Below are positions 53,574 to 64,000 of a DNA stretch of 64,000 nucleotides, piece after piece; position 1 is the stretch's first letter, and each line of letters begins with the position of its first letter. A program made the position numbers and the translations under genes. Location of the stretch: the NCBI GenBank assembly GCA_951406725.2, contig OX597826.1, positions 80,166,001 through 80,230,000 of the forward strand. The letters run 5' to 3'. The notes beneath the pieces are model-generated. The model saw nothing but the letters and a program-made list of their open reading frames with translations, ran no database searches and was not told where the DNA came from. Source of the DNA: Octopus vulgaris (Eukaryota).

Positions 53574-53991
53574 TATGTCTACTTCAAGTATGAGCGCAGA
53601 CTGAATGAGTTGAAACCGAAACACCTGCATGTATGTGGACAATTGTTATGAAATGGTTTCCTTATAAACTAAGGACTATAATAAATTATCTTCCTTTATG
53701 TTTAAATTCATGTGTGCAGTCGCAGAAAAGAAACTTCAATTTGTGTGTCATTCGGCTGGCAACAAGGTACTAATCTCAACTGGTAAACATATAAATGAAA
53801 AGTCTGTGGCAAACTCTACCACCGTTGGAAAAGTGTGACAGAGAATGTAAATCGTTTTCAATAAATTATTTGCGATGACATACTATGAATTAAGGAACTC
53901 CAAATAGTTTATATACATATGTATGTGTGTGTGATTGTGTGTGTGTATATCTATCTATCTATCTTTCTGTCGCTCTTTCTTTCTGCCAGTG

Positions 53992-54055
<64 letters not shown>

Positions 54056-54176
54056 CATATATATGTGTGTGTGTGGGTGTGTATGTGTGTGTGTGGGTGT
54101 GTATGTGTGTGTGTCTGGCATTCGCTATGATAGATCGCTAGCCACTACACCTTTTTCTATTTTCCCTCCCTGTTTA

Positions 54177-54211
54177 CTTCTGTTGAAGAGCGTAGGCTCG
54201 AAACGTAAAAG
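54177..54211 (+). ncRNA. variant minimal hammerhead motif
   Basis: CTGTTGA-A-GAGC GTAG GCTC-GAAAC-GTA-AAAG. Clean stem II and palindromic ACGT stem III, but U at core position 6 and a weak stem I. Confidence 0.5.
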
Positions 54212-54298
54212 ACTTTCCCACTCCCCAAGCGTTAAACTAATACATCTATTTATTGTTAACACACCCATCTTTAGTATTTTTTTGTAAATTCTCACTAC

Positions 54299-54358
<60 letters not shown>

Positions 54359-54466
54359 CTATTGCTACAATCAATATCAGAAAATCCATAGATATTTCAA
54401 ATTAAAATATTTATCGAATTATAATGTTTAGTAATTAACACAACTTCTTAATGATATAAATACGTG

Positions 54467-54548
<82 letters not shown>

Positions 54549-54828
54549 TATATAATATATTGTGTCTGTGTTTGAATGTGTGCATGTGTACATATATATA
54601 TAGTTATAGCTGGATATTATGCTTCCTGGTACAACCGTTAATTCCAAGAGAGCATCAAATGTCGTGTAATGAAGGTTTATTGCTAAAGTTACGCCCTCAT
54701 ATGATGAGGTTTAAAAGACAATTTTATTTTTTTATTGAAAAATCAACTCTTGAAGGCGGGATACTCGACCTTATCCCACTCAGCTGAAGTTAATGGACGG
54801 AATGGAAACGCATAACACCTAGGCATTA

Positions 54829-54886
<58 letters not shown>

Positions 54887-54909
54887 CAATGATAATAATA
54901 ATTATCATT

Positions 54910-54940
<31 letters not shown>

Positions 54941-54993
54941 TTATATATATATATATATATATATATGTGTATGTATATACATGCGTACATATG

Positions 54994-55045
<52 letters not shown>

Positions 55046-55209
55046 CACACATATGCCTGTCTGTGTGTATGCGTCTGTATGCATTTACGTATTCATGTGT
55101 ATATGTTATGGGGAGGGGGAACGTGTGAGAGTAAAAAATTATATATTGTTGATGGCGAAAGCAAAATTGATAATTGTTACTGTTGAAGCAACTAAACTAC
55201 AGGTTGTAA

Positions 55210-55840
<631 letters not shown>

Positions 55841-56105
55841 TGATTAATAAAAACATTAATGAACGTTGTTAGTAATGGTATGTCACATATATATGATCAT
55901 TCAGTCATATTCATATATATATACATACATACATATATATATACATACATGTATATATATATACATATATATATATACATATATATATACATACATATAT
56001 ATATATGAGTATGTGTATATATATGCATTTATATATTTATATGTATATTTATATATTTATATATATATATATTTATATATATATATTTATATATATATTT
56101 ATATA

Positions 56106-56158
56106 TAAAGGCGGTGCTCCAGCATGGCCGCAGTCAATGACTGAAACAAGTAAAAGAG
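56106..56158 (+). mobile_element. SINE family C 3' terminal fragment
   Basis: TAAAGGCGGTGCTCCAGCATGGCCGCAGTCAATGACTGAAACAAGTAAAAGAG. Confidence 0.8.
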
Positions 56159-56255
56159 AGAGAGAGTAAGAGTATACATATATATGTATATAAGTATGTA
56201 TATATGTATATATATATGCATATATATGTATATGTGTATACACACACACACACAC

Positions 56256-56319
<64 letters not shown>

Positions 56320-56951
56320 CCTGAGAAATACACTCGTTCTTCCAATAATAAAGAATAATCACAGAATACACTGGCACCATGTTTATTTGGAATACGATAC
56401 GTCTACGATTCCAAAACCGATGCCATGAAAATATTGATATCAAACATATAATATATAATATTTATAAATACATTAAAAATATACGTCCAATTGATTGAAC
56501 AAGAAATATACATAAAAATCATTAATTAATTTAAACATCGTAAATTATATTATCAAACAAATTTGAAATAGTAAATAAAAGCTAATTTATCAAAATTAGA
56601 AAATTCTGTAATTAGCATTAAATAGTCGTATATTATTATCATATCTTTTCATTATATCACAGAGTCACATTAGCAATATTTTTACACTGTTGCATACAGA
56701 ATGAAACTTTTCCATATTTCGACTTCATTAATATTTTTCACTTTTTCTTTTTTTTTTCCCTTTTTTTTTTTGCAGTTTGTCACTCGCAGTTCTTTTTGAT
56801 ATAACAATACATATAAAACAGCATTTCAGCATCAATTTATCATTTTCAGTAAAAGACATCTAAAAAGCAAATCAGACTCACAAAAAAACACACATCCCAA
56901 CCATACCTATGTATGTATAATTGTATGCATATATGTGTGTATCTATCTATC

Positions 56952-56989
<38 letters not shown>

Positions 56990-57038
56990 ATTATTTGTAT
57001 ATATTTATGCATATATATATATATATATACATGGGGAT

Positions 57039-57420
57039 GGAAGCACTCCGTCGGTTACGACAACGAGGGTTCCGGTTGATCCGAATCAACGGAACAGCCT
57101 GCTCGTGAAATTAACGTGTAAGTGGCTGAGCACTCCACAGACACGTGTACCCTTAACGTAGTTCTCGGGGATATTCAGCGTGACACAGAGAGTGACAAGG
57201 CCGGCCCGTTGAAATACAGGTACAACAGAAACAGGAAGAAGAGTGAGAGAAAGTTGTGGCGAAAGAGTACAGCAGGGATCACCACCATCCCCTGCCGGAA
57301 CCTCGTGGAGCTTTTAGGTGTTTTCGCTCAATAAACACTCACAACGCCCGGTCTGGGAATCGAAACTGCGTTCCTACGACCGCGAGTCCGCTGCCCTAAC
57401 CACTGGGCCATTGCGCCTCC
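57039..57420 (-). mobile_element. tRNA-derived SINE, head B + tail X
   Basis: Head GGCGCAATGGCCCAGTGGTTAGG...TTTCGATTCCC. The 3' ~185 bp are shared with family A. Confidence 0.9.
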
Positions 57421-57488
57421 TATATATATACATATATATATACATGTATAGATAATATATATAAACAAATATATATATATATATATAT

Positions 57489-57886
57489 AAATTGACAGAA
57501 TGAGATAAATAATCCAAGGCTGTGAATAGTTTTCAGAATATTTATAAAGAGGTCTTACAGCTGTTTCCGGGATATTCTATATATCCTTTCATCTGAGACG
57601 GTGCGAGAAAATGTTTAAGCAATAATTATTGTAGAGAAGACATTTTCTGGCACCGTCTCTGATAAAATGATATATAAAATATCGCGGAAACAGCTGTAAG
57701 ACCTCTTTATAATTGTTCTGAAAACTATTCACAGCCTTGAATTTTTTTATCTCAATCTGTCAATTTTTATATACATGATTCCTCATTCGTATCATTATCG
57801 AACCTGGAGCATAACTATGGTCTGTCCATAGCACTCAACGTTACCTGTCACCTTTGGGTCTTCTTTTAACCAAATCCTCTAATACC

Positions 57887-57890
<4 letters not shown>
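57489..57890 (+). mobile_element. fold-back Penelope-like pLTR remnant with two hammerhead motifs
   Basis: About 125-bp imperfect inverted arms. Motifs at 57552-57599 (-) and 57655-57702 (+), each ending GAAAC-AGCTG-TA-AGAC with stem I GTCT/AGAC. Confidence 0.75.
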
Positions 57891-57948
<58 letters not shown>

Positions 57949-58030
57949 CCTTTAACAGTGTAGTTTTTCAAGTTGGAAATGTTATGACACATATCCCAAC
58001 CATATGTATAAATGCATGCATATATATGTG

Positions 58031-58088
<58 letters not shown>

Positions 58089-58095
58089 CACACAC

Positions 58096-58199
<104 letters not shown>

Positions 58200-59767
58200 T
58201 TATATATATATTGTAGTTTTCGAAGTTGGAAATGTTACGAATAATTTTCTTTATAATCATTCTATTTAGCTTGTTGTGTATTTTGAAATAAAATGGATGT
58301 GCTGTAGCTTTATTTCGCCTTGAGAAACAATCGGAATCACTTTATTTATGTTGCCTCGTTAAGCATTTATAAAAGAAAGAATATTTATTTTCCTGTGTGC
58401 GGAAATATTAGCTAATAATTATTTATAATATACACATATTCTGTCAGAAATTGACTAATTTGCATGACACTATGCGTAGAAATGACATCGATGAATAAAT
58501 CGATAACATACTACAAATGGTTTCGAATTATTTCAAATGCAATGTAGGCTTTTTTTTTTTGCTAGTCAAGCCAATGAGCGTCTCCAGAGAATGATTACGT
58601 CCCCGTGGACAGAGAAAGGGATCCTTCTGATTATCTTACGGCCCTCATCAGTGAAAAAATACCTTACACTTATCGATGATCAGAATATGAAATAAAAGAT
58701 GTTTACTATGCATAAACACTTCCACATATTTTGTATACACTATATCTTATATTTCAAATTGATTGATGTAGGTAGGAGTGCATTTGAAGGAGGCGAAGAT
58801 GTTGTTTTACGTTTGTTGCAGAAATGTCTTCCGGTTTTTGGTCGGAGGTATATATCATAATGATTGCAAATATGAATGGATATAATAAATACAGATTAAG
58901 AAAGTTACCTTATTTTTCAATGAATATATTTTTGAAATTATTTTCGAGAGTCAGCTTGCAAAACTTAGTTCTCTAAACAGTTTTAGATCCTAAAATGTTT
59001 CTTTGAAACTCCTGGTGAATGACTGCAATATTATAAACGTTCTAACCATCCACTGAATTCATTCTCCAACGTTCTCAGATGTAACAGCTTCTAACATAAA
59101 GTATTTAACAATAGGTTTTGTAAAGGACAGAATATATACCTAGGCATTTAACTTTAAATTGTTGGAATTGAAACGGGAATATTCGGTGATGTAATCCAAT
59201 TTTTAGCTTCAATGTTCGCACAAATAGACATACGGTGTTTATTATGTTAGTCTTACTTCATTTCGCGGAAAACTTTTGTATTGTAAAGACTATAATATTC
59301 TATTAAAGTTTGTTACTCTTGTGTCAAAATGTTCGGTATCTCTATATTCCAGTGACGCAAACTTACAGTTAAACAGTGTTGAAACTATTCACAAATTCAC
59401 TTGTAAGTGAATGAACTGTTATAAATGTTCGATTAGCGGGAACATCTTCAGTCGTTTAGTATGTACCAGCATAGAAATGGATGACAACTTTCAGCCAAAA
59501 GCATATATCGACGTAACAACTAAATTTAAGATGATATATTATTTACAAAGACATTCCTTATCAATCGAAAAAGAACAAATTTTGTACTGATGTTTTCAAA
59601 TATGTTTCCAAAGTGAAGGAAATTTTTGATGCAGTATATTCTTACTGTTCAACCTTCATCTATTTTAAACTCGATTGTCAGCGTTTAATAGTTTCTTTGT
59701 TCAGTGTTTTTATGTCTAGCTTACACGGATGCATACTGTATACAGGCGTACATGCACGCACACACAC

Positions 59768-59884
<117 letters not shown>

Positions 59885-59931
59885 TATATATATATGCCTA
59901 CATAAAATATATGTGGACAAATATATATTTA

Positions 59932-60009
<78 letters not shown>

Positions 60010-61286
60010 GTCCTTCCTGTATGTTAGGTTCATAAGACCGGTGTCCTAGATTCTGTGCTGTATATATTTCTCCACCCTGAACGGAACGCCAGTCTGTCGC
60101 TAGATTCTTGATTTTGCTCAAAAACACGAGGCATCGCCCGTTCAGAAAGCTCCATTGGCTATTAATGCAATGTTGCACTGTCAAAGAATTTAGTTCAGTT
60201 TTTTTTTTGTTTGTTTTTACTCTAAACCTCAGAATATGTAAGTAGACCTACATATTGATACCGCACTATGTTGCCTCAGAAAGGAGAGTCAAAAAATATT
60301 ACGACTCAAAACAACGCATCTGAACTACCAAACATGATTCTGATCTTTTCACTCCTGTGTAACTTTAAATTTACGTAATTCTGAATCTACCTATTGTACA
60401 ACTAAATATAATTTCTATGAAACGCTTCGAGTTCTTTTTTCCTTATTTTATACACTTATCTTTATATATATTTAGACGGATGTTACAAGATAAATTAATA
60501 ACAGTTCGGGCTTCAAGAACACTAATTACTCTATTGTTTTATTATAGAATGAAAAACCCGAGGAGTTCATTCTCTGATTCAAGACTTTGACAGGAAATGT
60601 GGTGACATCATCTTAGAATTAACTGAAATTAATATTATGGCTGTACAATATCTCCAAATAGATTTGCCGTCGTAAAAGAAATAATGTAAATATTGCTAAT
60701 GTTGGTTTCCATTGTTTTTCCTTTGTTACTCTTTCTCTGTACCAACATTTTATTTTTCCTTTCGTTTTGTTACTTTTTAATAAGAATTTCTAAGCAGAAC
60801 TTATTGAAATGAGATTTAACGTGTTTAGCGTTCTGTGCTTATGTATATGTCTGTATGTCTGTGTGTCTACCTACGATTGGCGTATAACGAGATTTGCTTT
60901 AGGTATCGTGCGCCATACAGGTTTGTCTGCGGTATTTTTACTTTTCTTATTAATCGCGGTGCTACAGAACAAATACAGACGGGAGAAAATGATAAGAACT
61001 GAGAAAGAAGAGTAGGAAACACACAGGAGTAGCAAACACATACACAAGCACACATACACACATGTAGAAACAAGCCAACACACACAAACAAACAAACAAA
61101 CGCACGTACACACATACGTGCGCGCGCACTCACGTACAGGTCACGAGAACTTCACAGTATATAACCGATATTTATTCTGTTTCTTTGCGAAATGTCTGAC
61201 TGTAATTGCTTCCGTCTGAAGGCGAAGTCAATATTACGTTTTGCATGTATATACGTCTTATGTATAAATGTCTTTGTGTGCGTGTA

Positions 61287-61326
<40 letters not shown>

Positions 61327-61330
<4 letters not shown>

Positions 61331-61339
61331 GAGAGAGAA

Positions 61340-61374
<35 letters not shown>

Positions 61375-61425
61375 AAGATAGATAGATAGATAGATATATA
61401 GATAGATAGATAGATAGACAGACAT

Positions 61426-61486
<61 letters not shown>

Positions 61487-61491
61487 CAGAC

Positions 61492-61522
<31 letters not shown>

Positions 61523-61523
61523 C

Positions 61524-61614
<91 letters not shown>

Positions 61615-61640
61615 AAGATAGATAGATAGATAGATAGACA
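61327..61640. repeat. (GATA)n/(GACA)n microsatellite
   Basis: Directly visible. Confidence 0.95.
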
Positions 61641-62540
61641 TATATCTATATACACGAGCACACACATGCATAGGTGACCACATGCACACATACATGCGCA
61701 CACACATATATATACATATAAAAGAACAAAACATATCTTCAATACCACACAAACCGACCAATTTGCAAAAGGAGAGCTAATTAACAATCAGATCCAATAT
61801 TTGAAGCTTCGTCGAAAGTGAATATGAAGAATATGGAAAATATTGAAATGAAACAAACGATTGAAATAAGCGAATTTAGGCGACAGTCCAGATCCTGTTC
61901 CGGCAAACAGTAATGGCGAATTCGTTCGTGAGCTAAAACACATAAGTCATTGGACAATATAAACGCAAACGTAAAGATATTTGATAGGCTAAGATTTAGA
62001 CTGAATTTAAATATTAATCGATTAAAAATGAATGAGGAATGGTTTTGTACTCGCTAATTTCTTTGATAAAGTCAAAATAGCTCACAAGAAATAAATCCTT
62101 TGTAAGAACTTATGGATATATTATACCATGACTTTTATTTCGTTATATTTTGCATTTTTGAATTATGATTAATGGCCACTTTATCATTATTTTTATAGAT
62201 AATGAAAACTTATTTGAATCTGATATATATATATATAAGTAGTTGAATGAATTATCTTATTATGGATAATTCGGTTGACCGATACCTGGGTAGCAAATTC
62301 ACGTCAGAAAAACACGGTTGAAGCTACATGCCTAGGGCAGAGATCACGTGCTTTCGTGTGGAAATTTGTGTGTTTTTTTAAATACAAATAAATGAAAGAA
62401 TGGAGTTGAACGACGAATTGACAAAATTCCTTTATTTTCGACATATGTTTCGAAGGCTGCATATTCTTAATTTCGAAGGAATAAGGGTGCATTATGCCGC
62501 CTCCTCATCATCGTCATTCAACTCCATTCTTTCATTTATT

Positions 62541-62587
<47 letters not shown>

Positions 62588-62591
<4 letters not shown>

Positions 62592-62690
62592 AGAGTTTAC
62601 GAAAAAAACAAAAGACGAAGACAGGTGGTGTACAAAACAAGCAGATGTATTAGTATAACGCTCAGGAATAGAAAAAAGTATTTTACGTTA
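62588..62690 (-). mobile_element. 5'-truncated copy of the 54202-54300 insert family in (TA)n
   Basis: Reverse complement AACGTAAAATACTTT...AGCGTTATACTAATACATCT...GTAAACTCTC aligns to AACGTAAAAGACTTT...AGCGTTAAACTAATACATCT...GTAAATTCTC. Confidence 0.75.
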
Positions 62691-62710
62691 TATATATATA
62701 TATATATATA

Positions 62711-63016
62711 TTCACCGTGATTCACCGTGATCGACCAGGCTATCCGATGTTGCTATACATCGCTGGCCACAATGCGCTTCGCATTGTTTTAGCCTTCAAA
62801 TGACGCCACCCCGCTGGCTAAGCGAACAGGCCAACAGAAGAAAGAGAGAAAGTTGTGGCGAAAGAGTACAGCAGGGATCGCCACCATCCCCTGCCGGAGC
62901 CTCGTGGAGCTTTTTTAGGTGTTTTCGCTGAATAAACACTCACAACAAAACTGCGTTGGGAATCGAAACCGCGATCTGCGTTCGCTGCCCTAACCACTGG
63001 GCCATGGCGCCTTCAC
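62711..63016 (-). mobile_element. tRNA-derived SINE, head B + tail Y
   Basis: 62835-63016 matches 57235-57420. The remainder is a different tail ending in a tandem TCACGGTGAA x2. Confidence 0.85.
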
Positions 63017-63203
63017 TATATATAGTGTGTATATATCTGTGTAGTTGTGTTTGTGTTTGTCCCTCACCAACGTGCTTGTCAACCGATGAGGGTCAGCTTC
63101 TATCGCCGTAACTTTACGGCGTGGCAGTTGAACATCTAAGTGTGTGTAATACCTATATCTAAATATATTAATATGTGTGTGCGTACACACACACACACAC
63201 ATA

Positions 63204-63252
<49 letters not shown>

Positions 63253-63380
63253 TGCTATTTCTAGCATTTAAAGCTGCCTGTGAAGGGCCGCCTCTATTGT
63301 GGTTAAATGTACACTAATTTTTTATATATATATAAACATACATACATATATATATGTATATATATATGCATGCATGTATG

Positions 63381-63431
<51 letters not shown>

Positions 63432-64000
63432 TTATCATATAACCATACATAGAGCCGAAACGGATCGGCACAAAGATAATATTAAAATACATCAAAGTAA
63501 ACATACATCTGCTATATTTTTCTCAGAACATTGACCGTCGACCAAGCCTCAAGGAGAGATCATATTGAATAGATACTGATATGCGTGTGGCTCTGTGTGG
63601 GAGTGCTTGCGTGTGTGTGGGAGTGCTTGCGTGTGTGTGTGTACGTGCGATAAAGGAGGCGCTGGATTAGGAGAGATTGTAGATACAAGAGTAGATTGGA
63701 GAATAAAAATATCGGTCGAAAAACTGGTAGACTGATGGAGAAAGAACCGTTCCAGTAAAGTTAGAGGCTGTAAAGATCTAACTAAATTAGATGAAGATAA
63801 TTATCGTGAAGTGTATTTACCACCAAAATGTGACGGCGGGGGGGTGGCATAGGGGGCAATGTTATTGTTGTTTATATCCCCAGAAGGACATCTAAAACAG
63901 TAAGGGAAGAGGGTTGCTAGCACATCACCCTTTACCCACATTTTCCCCATCCACATCTTTACCATATGGGGCCCTAACAAAACCCGATAATAGCTATAGA

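Noticed and set aside
60809-61015. 68-aa hydrophobic ORF resembling a small membrane protein
   Set aside because: Hydrophobicity comes largely from TG/T-rich low-complexity DNA; no other support.

Overview
AT-rich eukaryotic non-coding DNA, dense in microsatellites and tRNA-derived SINEs. The repeat landscape suggests an octopus/cephalopod genome (inferred from recalled repeat families, not verified). No host gene can be called confidently; most short ORFs in the track are microsatellite artefacts. The only long ORF (24641-28459, minus, 1272 aa) is an apparently intact R4/Dong-clade non-LTR retrotransposon (RT, CCHC, restriction-like endonuclease) ending in a (TAA)n tract, next to a second decayed Dong-type copy. 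Also present are decayed mariner, maT/DD37D, Tx1/L1 and CR1/Jockey-like fragments, a probable solo LTR and three or four SINE families. The most notable hidden signal is a set of short inserts, mostly at (TA)n tracts, that carry minimal hammerhead ribozyme motifs (CUGANGA...GAAAC-palindrome-UA). Several fold back as long palindromes, and one is attached to a recognisable Neptune-type Penelope-like RT remnant. All alignments and folds were made by eye, so element boundaries are approximate.
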